From the sequence record NC_054906.1: 64,000 nt of DNA; one strand, given 5' to 3'. A program made the translations under genes and the position numbers. This document shows, piece after piece, positions 46,265 through 55,528 of the stretch. Under the pieces are notes generated by a model, which saw only the letters and a list, made by a program, of their open reading frames with translations, did not search any database and was not told the origin of the DNA. Each line of letters starts with the position of its first letter. The stretch's first letter is position 1. Source of the DNA: Enterobacteria phage RB18.

Positions 46265-47266
46265 TTACTTAATTAACTGTAAAGCTTGTTCCAAACGATC
46301 AAGACGATTAACAGATTCTTCCCAAATCCTTTTAGCCTGCTCATATTCTTTCTGCGCTTTATTAGAAATTTCTAGAACTTCTTTATAAGCTTTTTCTAGT
46401 GCAATAACTTCTGGACGAATTTCTACAGGTTCAGGCGAATCATCAAGACATTCCATTAGTTCCTCAAGGGTAGTTTCTTCTTTAGGAGTATTCACAATTT
46501 CATCACATTTTTGTTGGTAAATTTCTTTACTAGTAAGTGAATAAGTACATTTCACTTCACGAAGACTAACTACAATTTTATATCCTTCCCAACCGCATAT
46601 ATTCTTAAAAGGATATGTATGAATATTTTCTACTGTTTCCATACAAAGTAATGCGGTCTCTAATTGACGAGTTATAGTGCTAGCAATTGAGAAAAATTTA
46701 TTAATGTTCTTTTGGTTAGTTTCTGGTGTAAAAAATCCATAATTCACAAAAATAGCTACTTTATTTTTATCAAGCTCATATTCTTTTATGATAATCATAT
46801 CAGAAGCCAAAGGATGAATTTGACGATAATCGCCATAGCATAATTTAGAAGCTGATTTTAAAATTTGCTTTTTGAAAAGTCTGAAATTACTAATCCAACG
46901 ACGAGTAAAAATATTCTCAGGGTCTTCTTTATTATTAAGATGATAAGAATTAACATCACCGAACCAATTATATCCTACTACATCTTTAGTTCGTTTAATT
47001 TCTTTCCCAAAATTACCAAGAATATCCCGATTTACCAAATATGAAAGAAGACGAGACTCTTTAAAAGTTTTCTTGATATTATCTTTATCTACACGGCTAG
47101 AAATTTTACGAATTTCATGAATAAATTTAGCAGAAGAAACAATACCTGCATCAACACTATTGAGCCATTGATTGATAATAGAAAGAACGCTATTTTGGCC
47201 AAACATCGGTATAGCTTTATCATCAATAACGCTATTGAATGATTTGATATATTCGTTACGAGTCAT
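46265..47266 (-). CDS. coiled-coil paralog family member 2
   Basis: 333 aa from the internal ATG at 47266 (GAGGAG RBS); C-terminal coiled coil. Confidence 0.55.
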   Translation of the reverse strand: MTRNEYIKSFNSVIDDKAIPMFGQNSVLSIINQWLNSVDAGIVSSAKFIHEIRKISSRVDKDNIKKTFKESRLLSYLVNRDILGNFGKEIKRTKDVVGYNWFGDVNSYHLNNKEDPENIFTRRWISNFRLFKKQILKSASKLCYGDYRQIHPLASDMIIIKEYELDKNKVAIFVNYGFFTPETNQKNINKFFSIASTITRQLETALLCMETVENIHTYPFKNICGWEGYKIVVSLREVKCTYSLTSKEIYQQKCDEIVNTPKEETTLEELMECLDDSPEPVEIRPEVIALEKAYKEVLEISNKAQKEYEQAKRIWEESVNRLDRLEQALQLIK

Positions 47267-47294
47267 AATAATCTCCTCAGTAGAAAGTAAGAAC

Positions 47295-47324
47295 ATTATA
47301 CCACATCCTTGTGGCAAAGTAAAC
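47295..47324 (-). promoter_or_regulatory. early promoter (GTTTAC-18-TATAAT)
   Basis: minus-strand consensus between paralogs 3 and 2. Confidence 0.5.
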
Positions 47325-48343
47325 TAGTTCAGTGCATTTAGTGCATTGTTCAATTTAGAACGTTGCTTCGTGAGATTTTTTACTTTTTCTTGAGCTTTTT
47401 CTAGCATCTTTTCAGCTTCTAACACTTCATTAGTTGCTTTAACGAGTTCATCATCTACTGCCTTGATAGACTTCTCAATCGCATCCGCGTGCCATTTTTC
47501 AACAGGTTTAAGACTCGGATTTTCAACAGGAAGAAAATTCACTTTATTGAATTTCCATGCATCATTATTACCTGAACTATACATCCAAAATTTAGGATCG
47601 TTTGATGAGTAATTAGATAAATTTAAGTTATCTTGCACTTCCTGCTTTTTCTCTTGTACAACTTCATCCTTTCTCAAAAAATCGTATTTAAATGAAACGA
47701 CCATATCAAGTTCATACGTTGTTGTGTCTAATTTAAATCGTTCGAAATGCTGTGAAATCTTAGAATGAACTGCGGCAACAACATCCATATACTTAAATGC
47801 TTCTGTCAACTGTGATTTAAGGCATTCACAAATTGAAAGAGAATTTTTTGTATTAGGTTTAAAGCTAATTCGTGCAGTTCTATTATTTTCTTTTACTGGT
47901 CTTACTTCCATCTGAAGAGTATAACCATCAAATTTCAGATTCTTTAAGTTAATATCAGAACCTTTTAATCGACTAGCCGTCGACAAAATTTGCTTTAATT
48001 GTTTACGGAATAGAGCAATAAATCTCCATTCAATACGATAATGATTTGGATTGAAAAATCCAGATGATAAATCGACCTTACTCTGACCAACACCTTGAAC
48101 AAATAGAGGATTTTTATAATCAATAGTTTTACAGAAATCGGTGAGCTGCTCACGAGCAGTCATTTGTGTAATATACCCCGCTTTACTAAAATGACGTAAC
48201 CATTCACTGCTATTCATATATTTAAAGTGAATATCACGATTAACTTTATCAGGGTCTAAATTATTTTGACACAAAAATGTCATAACATCACGAGTATAGC
48301 TGGCATTACGAACCATATCTTCAATTTGAGAACGAGTTTTCAT
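47324..48343 (-). CDS. coiled-coil paralog family member 3
   Basis: 339 aa; N-terminus MKTRSQIE resembles member 1 MKTRKHYI; C-terminal coiled coil. Confidence 0.55.
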   Translation of the reverse strand: MKTRSQIEDMVRNASYTRDVMTFLCQNNLDPDKVNRDIHFKYMNSSEWLRHFSKAGYITQMTAREQLTDFCKTIDYKNPLFVQGVGQSKVDLSSGFFNPNHYRIEWRFIALFRKQLKQILSTASRLKGSDINLKNLKFDGYTLQMEVRPVKENNRTARISFKPNTKNSLSICECLKSQLTEAFKYMDVVAAVHSKISQHFERFKLDTTTYELDMVVSFKYDFLRKDEVVQEKKQEVQDNLNLSNYSSNDPKFWMYSSGNNDAWKFNKVNFLPVENPSLKPVEKWHADAIEKSIKAVDDELVKATNEVLEAEKMLEKAQEKVKNLTKQRSKLNNALNALN

Positions 48344-48351
48344 GGTGTTCC

Positions 48352-49254
48352 TTAAGATTTAAGTAAATCAACAATTTTAATTAATTTTTCACGTTCAGAT
48401 TTAGCTTTACTACTCAGTCCAGATAGTCTGAAAATTTCATCGTCATATTGTTGAATAGAAATATTCAGCTCTTCAATTTGCTTATTAAAATAATCAATTT
48501 GTTCAGAATGTTTTTCGTTACTACGAACTGGTACAGGTTTTGTAGGCAATTTAGTTGAACTGGATTCATCCGGGCGATAAATTAAAATACAACTTGAACC
48601 AATAGGGCATTTAGCACCAGATGAATATTCTAACGTTCCAGCTTCTTTTAAAACTTCAAAAGCTAAACAGAGATGATGCCCCATATTAACATAATCTGTA
48701 GAGCGAGCTCTGATATAATAATCATCGCCGCGAATACTAAATTTAAAGCATTTAAGGTCTTCTGTATTATTGGTCTTAAAAATCATTTGTTTATCTAGAC
48801 CTTTAGCTAATCGAGCGCCTAATGCTAATAATCGTCGTTGATTTTCCCACAAATCCGCAATCATTTGATCGAATGATAATTTCGGCATTAGTCGACCATA
48901 AAGGTCATATCCTTTATTATAATTGCGAAGGATTTCACTCGCATTAATACGAGACAACGCTCCAATTTTATTAAGGGCTTTCATGATGCGATTAGATAAA
49001 CCCATTCCAGACCCGTTTGTTCGTTGTAAATGTTTATCTAATCCAAACCCAATATCAACTTTAAATTTATCTAAAATTTCAGCATGAACATCTCTGTCAA
49101 TAACATTCAAATCCAAAGTTGGGTTAAATCTATGAAAAAATTTATCTGGCTCTCCACGACGAAGTACAGTCCATTCATTCAATTTTTTATTAACTAAAGA
49201 TTTAATTACTGCATTGACATTATTAATTACTACTGACATATTTTCCTCACTCAA
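48352..49254 (-). CDS. coiled-coil paralog family member 4
   Basis: 300 aa; C-terminal coiled coil. Confidence 0.5.
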   Translation of the reverse strand: MSEENMSVVINNVNAVIKSLVNKKLNEWTVLRRGEPDKFFHRFNPTLDLNVIDRDVHAEILDKFKVDIGFGLDKHLQRTNGSGMGLSNRIMKALNKIGALSRINASEILRNYNKGYDLYGRLMPKLSFDQMIADLWENQRRLLALGARLAKGLDKQMIFKTNNTEDLKCFKFSIRGDDYYIRARSTDYVNMGHHLCLAFEVLKEAGTLEYSSGAKCPIGSSCILIYRPDESSSTKLPTKPVPVRSNEKHSEQIDYFNKQIEELNISIQQYDDEIFRLSGLSSKAKSEREKLIKIVDLLKS

Positions 49255-49655
49255 TTTTCAATTTTACTAAATACGCAGAATATGATGGAAAAGACTATAT
49301 AAACACCACACACAGATTGAACTAATACCATTCCAAAAAACCAAACAATATTATCAAACAATGTCTGTTTTACGTCGAAAGGACGTAAACTTACAGTAAT
49401 ATTATCGCCTTTTTCTATTGATGAATACATCTCTGGTGAAATATATTCGCTAAATCTATAACCGTCTTTGAGTTCATATACGGCAATAAACGATAAACTA
49501 GACCCCTTTCCTTGAGTTCCTGTAAAGGTATTAACTACAGTAACATCATAATCTTTATAATGCATATAATCATTAATTGCGTAATAACCATATGCAACTA
49601 CTACGCATAAACAACATATCAATAAATTCAATCTTTTAATTATCAACTGTTTCAT
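49251..49655 (-). CDS. membrane protein
   Basis: 134 aa with N- and C-terminal hydrophobic segments. Confidence 0.5.
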   Translation of the reverse strand: MKQLIIKRLNLLICCLCVVVAYGYYAINDYMHYKDYDVTVVNTFTGTQGKGSSLSFIAVYELKDGYRFSEYISPEMYSSIEKGDNITVSLRPFDVKQTLFDNIVWFFGMVLVQSVCGVYIVFSIIFCVFSKIEN

Positions 49656-49684
49656 AATAATCTCAATTAAAAGGGCTTAGAACC

Positions 49685-49709
49685 ATTATACCATCCTTGG
49701 TATAAAGCG
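49685..49709 (-). promoter_or_regulatory. candidate middle promoter
   Basis: minus strand reads CGCTTTA, 12 nt, TATAAT. Confidence 0.3.
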
Positions 49710-49710
49710 G

Positions 49711-50238
49711 TTATGCGAGTACCGTCTTTAACCGTTCTTCAAACTTCCGAAGAGTATTTTGGCGTTCAGCTCTTTGCTTTTTGTAAGTTTCAATACGCTC
49801 TGAAATGAGAGTGTATCGTTCATTTACTGATTCTTTCATAAAATCAGGAATTTCACGAGAAGCTTTAATCTCGTCAAATTTATCAATAACAGCTTGCTCT
49901 TCAGCAATTAAGTTATCATACATCAAAATATCTTTCTTGATGAACTCAATATCTTCTTGAGTTACACGAGATAATTTAGATGCTTTATCCTTTTTGTACT
50001 GTTCGTTAGTATCACGAGACCAGTGTAATGTACGATTTTTATTCGTATTCTTGTAAATTTCTACAATACCAATCCCATCGATAATAACGATCCAATTCCA
50101 ACGAGATTTGTAAATTTGTCCTCCGTCAACCGTGATTTCACCTCCGATTGAGATGTCATTAAAGAACTTGCTTTGTGCTTCTGATTTAAATTTACCATCG
50201 TTGTAATTTACCAGGTTGAAAATATCTTTAGCGTTCAT
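49711..50238 (-). CDS. hypothetical protein
   Basis: 175 aa; leader is a copy of the repeated promoter cassette. Confidence 0.5.
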   Translation of the reverse strand: MNAKDIFNLVNYNDGKFKSEAQSKFFNDISIGGEITVDGGQIYKSRWNWIVIIDGIGIVEIYKNTNKNRTLHWSRDTNEQYKKDKASKLSRVTQEDIEFIKKDILMYDNLIAEEQAVIDKFDEIKASREIPDFMKESVNERYTLISERIETYKKQRAERQNTLRKFEERLKTVLA

Positions 50239-50266
50239 TTTGTGTTCCTCCGTAGTTGATAGTTGT

Positions 50267-50296
50267 ATAGTACCACAAAGGAACAGTCTTGTAAAC
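50267..50296 (-). promoter_or_regulatory. early promoter, repeated cassette copy B
   Basis: GTTTAC-18-TACTAT with conserved core gatagttgtatagtacca. Confidence 0.55.
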
Positions 50297-50298
50297 CA

Positions 50299-50613
50299 CT
50301 AAAAGAAACTTCTTTCACAATTTTTTCCACTGAACCAAGCGCTCACTGCTTTCTTAGTCTCAGGAGCAGTGTTATCCATAAACCATTCAAAAGCAGCCTT
50401 TTTATGATTCTGGAGGGCTTCTCGGGCTTTAATCTGCTCACGGTCTATTAACACTAACATATGAGCCTTTCTTGTCACCAGGGGCTTCTTATGATTTTTT
50501 GAATATTCCCAATCATTTGTCCATCGCATCGTTGTTGCGAATTGAAGTACAGCTTCTTTAATCTTAGTTTCGTAAATTTCACGAGCCTTTGAGTATAACA
50601 TCATTACCTCCAT
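50299..50613 (-). CDS. hypothetical protein
   Basis: 104-aa ORF. Confidence 0.5.
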   Translation of the reverse strand: MEVMMLYSKAREIYETKIKEAVLQFATTMRWTNDWEYSKNHKKPLVTRKAHMLVLIDREQIKAREALQNHKKAAFEWFMDNTAPETKKAVSAWFSGKNCERSFF

Positions 50614-50702
50614 TTACTAGTTTAATTCTAGTCATCTTTTTGATGGCAGTCCATATAATCTATTTCTGAACTGCCTTTTTGTCTTAGAAGTCCTCTTATG
50701 AA

Positions 50703-51671
50703 TTATTTCAGAAGAGTAACCTCAGCGATTTCTTCCCAACCGTTTTTGTCGGTCATAATAAAGTCAGCAAGATAAAGCGCAGTACGCAGTGAAACATTGC
50801 GTAAACGATTAACATTGACTTTCATCCATGATAATGCTTTATAAGTTTCTTCATCAGAAAGACCGCGCTTTTGCATCATGTCAGTTGAAAGAATAACATC
50901 TTCAACCCTGACCATAATTTCTTCATTAGTGTGAACACCCAAATCCAAATAAACTGAGCGGGACACTAATGCTTGTAAATGTGGAGCAAGTTTAGTACCA
51001 CGGTCTAATTCGCGGTCAATGTCAACGTTTGTGATAAAAACAATCGTTCCTTTAAATTCAAACTCACGCTCAATGCCTTTTTCTTCTAAGTAAGAAGATG
51101 CAGTGCTCCAGCAGACTTTACGGGTCTCTCCAGTGTCCAGAGCAGCTTTCAAAAGATTAAGAATATCCATATCAGAGAAAACATCCACATCATCAATCAA
51201 AAGGACAGAATTCTCTTCACGATTATTCCAGAGCTGTTCATAAAGACCGATACCAGAGATTTTACCGTTAATGCTTTTATATTCAATGTATCCAATATCA
51301 TTTGCTTTATTTAAAGCTTTATCCAAAGAATACGTTTTACCAATACCTGCCGCACCAGAGATAATTAATGAACGAATGTTTCCGTTAATAATACCATTCG
51401 TCATCATTCCCATAACATTAAATCTTTTATTAATGCGGGTTTTCATATCTTCATATGATTCTTTAACTTCTTCAACTTTTACACCATCATATGAAATGTC
51501 TGATTTGTAAACCCAAACACCGCGACGTTTACCGTCAATTTCAACAAAAACTTTACCATCTCCTTGCGCATCTACTGGAGCATTATCAGGGAACCACTCA
51601 CCTAAGAGTTCAAAAGTTCCAGAGATTTCTTTGCCAAAGTAGATACCCTTATTGATAGTTACAGTTTTCAT
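50703..51671 (-). CDS. P-loop NTPase (AAA-like ATPase)
   Basis: 322 aa from the internal ATG (GGAG RBS); Walker A GAAGIGKT, Walker B VLLIDDVD. Confidence 0.6.
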   Translation of the reverse strand: MKTVTINKGIYFGKEISGTFELLGEWFPDNAPVDAQGDGKVFVEIDGKRRGVWVYKSDISYDGVKVEEVKESYEDMKTRINKRFNVMGMMTNGIINGNIRSLIISGAAGIGKTYSLDKALNKANDIGYIEYKSINGKISGIGLYEQLWNNREENSVLLIDDVDVFSDMDILNLLKAALDTGETRKVCWSTASSYLEEKGIEREFEFKGTIVFITNVDIDRELDRGTKLAPHLQALVSRSVYLDLGVHTNEEIMVRVEDVILSTDMMQKRGLSDEETYKALSWMKVNVNRLRNVSLRTALYLADFIMTDKNGWEEIAEVTLLK

Positions 51672-51705
51672 TTTATTCTCCAAATCCGCATCAGTTGATA
51701 GTTGT

Positions 51706-51735
51706 ATAGTACCATAAAGCTTTATGCTTGTAAAC
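51706..51735 (-). promoter_or_regulatory. early promoter, repeated cassette copy C
   Basis: GTTTAC-18-TACTAT; about 45 nt of leader identical to copy A. Confidence 0.55.
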
Positions 51736-51765
51736 AACTTTGTGAAAAATTTTTGAAATAAAAAA

Positions 51766-51783
51766 GGGAGCCCGAAGGCTCCC
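51766..51783 (-). terminator. intrinsic terminator, UUCG hairpin plus U-tract
   Basis: gggagcc-cgaa-ggctccc; minus strand follows with TTTTTT; right after the nucleotidyltransferase stop. Confidence 0.65.
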
Positions 51784-51785
51784 TA

Positions 51786-52799
51786 TCATTTATAATAACT
51801 TCGGTGGTTTTCAAGATAGACCTTCTCAAGGAAGTCATCCCAGAAACTCATGTCTACTTTTTGCTGCATACCGTTCTTAGAAGCTTCAGTAGATGCTGCT
51901 TCTACTTGATCAACCACATCTTCCAAAAACTCTTGAACCGTTTTAAATGGATGTTTACCCAACTTCACGTCGAGAATAAATGGAGCATCTTGAAGTGGAT
52001 AAACCAAGTCGCCAGTTTTGTAAATTTCCAATAGTTGGAGTCCACCACGACAAGCATGGCTCAGAGCTTTCCAGTCAATACCTTCATTGGCTTCAGCCTT
52101 ACGAGCACGTTCACCATATTCAGCATCTAATTTGTTCAGTGACTGCTTAAGCTCAATAAGAGAAAGCGTTGTCTGATATTTACGACCCAATACAGTGTAG
52201 AACGTTTGTGGACCTGTTTTCTCATGATTATGGAACACCCATTCACAGAATTCGTTTTCTGGAAGACGATGCTTAATATCTTCAACTTTAGTGCGACGCT
52301 GCTTAATAGAACCATCTTCTTGGTAATCAACCCATTGCTCAGGGATTTGATTAACTACTTTCAATACATCGCGTAATGCAGCCAAACGAGAACCCTTGAC
52401 ACCATATTTAGAAGCTTGCTTGCGAACATATCCTAAATAGGATTTCATGTTAGTCGTATAAAAACGAGAACGGTTGTCTTGAATAAACTTCCACACATCA
52501 GGCAAATCAGATTTAACCACTAGTTCAGGTGGAGTGTGAAGCATATCCAATGCTACAGTTTCACCATCTGCTGCTAATTTAAAGAAATATTTAAGACTGT
52601 ATAGTTCATGGTCAATATCATCTTTAGTGTTTTTAGATGATGTGTTGTTAGTGTTTTTACTCATGTGCTCTTTGACATTTCCGATAAGAATATCACGAGC
52701 AGGAGGAACAAAAATTTCTTTAAAATCTACATCAGATTCTGGGGTAGAAGTTCCATAAAGATGACTACCAAAATAGCTTTTCATTACTGTTTTCATCAT
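51786..52799 (-). CDS. predicted Pol-beta-superfamily nucleotidyltransferase
   Basis: 337 aa; N-terminal GSHLYGTSTPESDVDF (hG[GS]..D.D motif) with a third acidic residue near KDDIDHE. Confidence 0.55.
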   Translation of the reverse strand: MMKTVMKSYFGSHLYGTSTPESDVDFKEIFVPPARDILIGNVKEHMSKNTNNTSSKNTKDDIDHELYSLKYFFKLAADGETVALDMLHTPPELVVKSDLPDVWKFIQDNRSRFYTTNMKSYLGYVRKQASKYGVKGSRLAALRDVLKVVNQIPEQWVDYQEDGSIKQRRTKVEDIKHRLPENEFCEWVFHNHEKTGPQTFYTVLGRKYQTTLSLIELKQSLNKLDAEYGERARKAEANEGIDWKALSHACRGGLQLLEIYKTGDLVYPLQDAPFILDVKLGKHPFKTVQEFLEDVVDQVEAASTEASKNGMQQKVDMSFWDDFLEKVYLENHRSYYK

Positions 52800-53257
52800 T
52801 CAGCCTTATATTCAATAACAGGACATACTTTAGCTTTACGAGCTTTTAAAAATTCAACGATAATCGATTTCTTGGGTTGAATAGGAGGTAAACCTTTATA
52901 CGCCCTATCAATATTTTCTATGTGTAAAGCATAATCCTTTTTCCATTTATAATCTTTATATTTTTCATGCAAATGTGCAGGAATAACAAATGAACCGATA
53001 ATAAGTAAAACAACCAAAAGCGCAAGTATAAATGCTGATGGAAGAAGAGTCCATAAACTACCGAAAATAAGCCAACGTTGTAGGCTTTCTGCACAAATAA
53101 TTGTTAGCCCTACGAGTATAGCACATCCAAAAATAGAAACGAAAAATGTAGGAATGGCAATAGACCAAAAATATGCGCATAGTGTCTTAGGTCGTTGCCA
53201 TTCATCGTTAAACAATTTGAATAATTTATAGTGCCAAGAGTTTTCATTAATAATCAT
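52796..53257 (-). CDS. multi-pass membrane protein
   Basis: 153 aa with 3-4 hydrophobic segments; ATGA overlap with the nucleotidyltransferase gene. Confidence 0.5.
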   Translation of the reverse strand: MIINENSWHYKLFKLFNDEWQRPKTLCAYFWSIAIPTFFVSIFGCAILVGLTIICAESLQRWLIFGSLWTLLPSAFILALLVVLLIIGSFVIPAHLHEKYKDYKWKKDYALHIENIDRAYKGLPPIQPKKSIIVEFLKARKAKVCPVIEYKAE

Positions 53258-53259
53258 AA

Positions 53260-53781
53260 TTATCCTTTCATTGAAGGCGTAACAGTTGTTAAATACTTAA
53301 TCATAGCTTCAGCTTCTGATTTTGATAATGAAATTTCTCCATTGTTTTGACGAATAGAAATAAAATCCGGATGACGGTCACCACCAGCTTTTAAAACACA
53401 CATATAAGTATCAACTTCATCTTCAATATTTGAAATGATTGAAGCAGTTCCACATGAATGCGGTTTTTGATAAATCAATGCAGCTTTTCTTCCGCCATTT
53501 GACTGTTCATAAACTTTTAATACATCAAACAAATCACTTCTTTTATCAATAGCTAAAATGTTATTTTCATCTTCAATGTTAAATCCTTCGGATACTTCAT
53601 AAAGTGTCACCCATAAATCGCCAATATCAATAACAGCGTTCACTTTTCCATGACTTTCAAGAGCATGACAAATTTTCTTGATTTCGTCATAACTCATTTT
53701 AATAATATCATCTCCTTGAATAAGAAAGATGTCATTTTTAAATTCAACACGAATTAAACCACTTCCACTTGAAATAAACAT
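53260..53781 (-). CDS. hypothetical protein, paralog of the next gene
   Basis: 173 aa ending SKSEAEAMIKYLTTVTPSMKG. Confidence 0.5.
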   Translation of the reverse strand: MFISSGSGLIRVEFKNDIFLIQGDDIIKMSYDEIKKICHALESHGKVNAVIDIGDLWVTLYEVSEGFNIEDENNILAIDKRSDLFDVLKVYEQSNGGRKAALIYQKPHSCGTASIISNIEDEVDTYMCVLKAGGDRHPDFISIRQNNGEISLSKSEAEAMIKYLTTVTPSMKG

Positions 53782-53787
53782 ATTTCC

Positions 53788-54342
53788 TCACTTTGAAATC
53801 ATAGTTGGAATGACAGAATCAAGATAAGTCTTTAGCGCAATAGCTTCGTCTTTGGTAAATGTGACAATATGTGCTCGAGAATCATCATTTTGGCGAACAA
53901 GTACGACATCGCCATCTTCATAAGAAGTCTTGACATCCAAAGTCGTAGTATAGTTTGCAGCTACTGGATTAATAATGTTAGCACCGCGATCTTTAGCCCA
54001 TTGAAGTTTAGCCTTTTCGGGTGTTTCGGCTGTTTCAGATTCTAAGAATTCTTTCACCTTGGCAACGAATGTTGCCCAATTGTTGATAGAAAGACACATA
54101 AATTCAGTTTCAATATTACCGCCGTAAAGGCCACGATAAAAACGAACTTGGAGGTCACCTGTAATATTAGTTACACCGGTAACTCCTGAGGGAGCATAAG
54201 ATAAAATCGCAGCCAGTTCCATAGGAAGAATAGTAATACTATCGTCTTCCTGCGTCAGAACGTATACATTACCGCGTTTTTCGATAACTAGGTCACCGAA
54301 CAAATCAGTTGTTTCAATTACAGCTTTCATATTATTTACCAA
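53788..54342 (-). CDS. hypothetical protein, paralog of the previous gene
   Basis: 184 aa ending TKDEAIALKTYLDSVIPTMISK. Confidence 0.5.
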   Translation of the reverse strand: MVNNMKAVIETTDLFGDLVIEKRGNVYVLTQEDDSITILPMELAAILSYAPSGVTGVTNITGDLQVRFYRGLYGGNIETEFMCLSINNWATFVAKVKEFLESETAETPEKAKLQWAKDRGANIINPVAANYTTTLDVKTSYEDGDVVLVRQNDDSRAHIVTFTKDEAIALKTYLDSVIPTMISK

Positions 54343-54517
54343 TTAAAGTTTCAATATAAGAATCAAGATTTACTTTAGCTTCTTCCATAAGAGTTTTGTA
54401 TTTAATCTTGTTAGCATGTCCGGAGAAAGCTGATTCATCAATAATTGTTGATGTATGAACAGCTTTACTATACGTCTCAATTAATTCTCTTAATTTAAAA
54501 GCCTGCTCACTTGTCAT
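54332..54517 (-). CDS. hypothetical small protein
   Basis: 61-aa ORF. Confidence 0.4.
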   Translation of the reverse strand: MTSEQAFKLRELIETYSKAVHTSTIIDESAFSGHANKIKYKTLMEEAKVNLDSYIETLIGK

Positions 54518-54650
54518 TACATACTCCTCTGAATCATATCAATAATGTTGTTTACCAAATTATAAGTAAACATTGGGTAATTATATTGAATCATCACATA
54601 CACAACAAACAAAACTTTCATTCTCTTCTCCTTGGCAGTCGACAAGATTA

Positions 54651-54680
54651 CTATACCATAACCTTGCCAACTTGTAAACC
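54651..54680 (-). promoter_or_regulatory. early promoter (GTTTAC-18-TATAGT)
   Basis: minus-strand consensus upstream of the 54517 operon. Confidence 0.5.
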
Positions 54681-54844
54681 ATTAAATGACGTTTTCGATA
54701 AAATTCTGAAGCTTTGTATGAGCATCAACCATGATTTTCAATTCTTCTTTAGCGAAAGCCGTACCTCTTTCCCGAGCAGAATACTCATAGTCAGAAACTG
54801 CATTAGCATATTCTTCAATTAGCTTCATTAAAAACATCTGCTTT

Positions 54845-55039
54845 TCAGTTTTCATTATTCCACCTAATCATTTCAAGATATTGAACTAACTTAGCTTTGG
54901 ATTTATCCAAATCTCTTTTAGCTGCTTCTATACCGTCGTATGAATATCCTTCACAATGCTCAACTGCTAATTGGTATGAATCTATTTCAATATCACGTGC
55001 TAATTTAATGATTTTTTCAAACTGTTCACGTGTTAGCAT
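54845..55039 (-). CDS. hypothetical small protein
   Basis: 64-aa ORF. Confidence 0.45.
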   Translation of the reverse strand: MLTREQFEKIIKLARDIEIDSYQLAVEHCEGYSYDGIEAAKRDLDKSKAKLVQYLEMIRWNNEN

Positions 55040-55041
55040 AC

Positions 55042-55281
55042 TTAAACTCTCGTATTATGATCGATAATTTCATCAAGAAACATATCTAACGCTTCTAAAG
55101 CATTATCAACTTTAGCTTCAAGTTCATCAATGCCTTTATTTGCAATGCCTGACGAAAACCAAGCAAAGTCACTAAGTTCCTCGTCTGCTTTACGAATTAA
55201 AGCTACCAATTCTTTAATCTTATCCGCTTGTTCGATACTAATCATTATTCCACCACATATGAAAGAGAGAATATTGCACAC
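55042..55281 (-). CDS. hypothetical small protein
   Basis: 79-aa ORF. Confidence 0.45.
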
Positions 55282-55433
55282 GCCATGTGAGTTGCAACTT
55301 CATCACACATATTATAACGTTTCTTAAGAAGTTCTACAAGTTCTTCACTAGTAACTTCATCCATGTCGACGAAAAAATCACCATTAATGATGACGTAGAT
55401 ATTTCCTTCTTGATTGAGTGCTTCAATTTTCAT
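55245..55433 (-). CDS. hypothetical small protein
   Basis: 62 aa from the internal ATG (AAGAGGAG RBS). Confidence 0.45.
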
Positions 55434-55461
55434 GATGTTCTCCTCTTTATCCGATAGTTGT

Positions 55462-55491
55462 ATAGTACCACAGCTCAAACGGAAAGTAAAC
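55462..55491 (-). promoter_or_regulatory. early promoter, repeated cassette copy D
   Basis: GTTTAC-18-TACTAT with conserved core. Confidence 0.5.
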
Positions 55492-55506
55492 CGGTAAAAT
55501 GAAAAA

Positions 55507-55524
55507 AGTCTCCCGAAGGAGACT
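55507..55524 (-). terminator. intrinsic terminator, UUCG hairpin plus U-tract
   Basis: agtctcc-cgaa-ggagact; minus strand follows with TTTTTTC. Confidence 0.65.
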
Positions 55525-55528
55525 AATG

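Noticed and set aside
50640-50685. Stem-loop ggcagt...actgcc followed by a T-run on the plus strand
   Set aside because: It would terminate plus-strand transcription, but no plus-strand genes are nearby; on the coding strand it lacks a U-tract, so it was not called a terminator.
54683-54855. Possible 57-aa minus-strand ORF between the promoter at 54651 and the 54845..55039 gene
   Set aside because: My reading of the junction around 54840 was ambiguous by one nucleotide, so the frame could not be confirmed.
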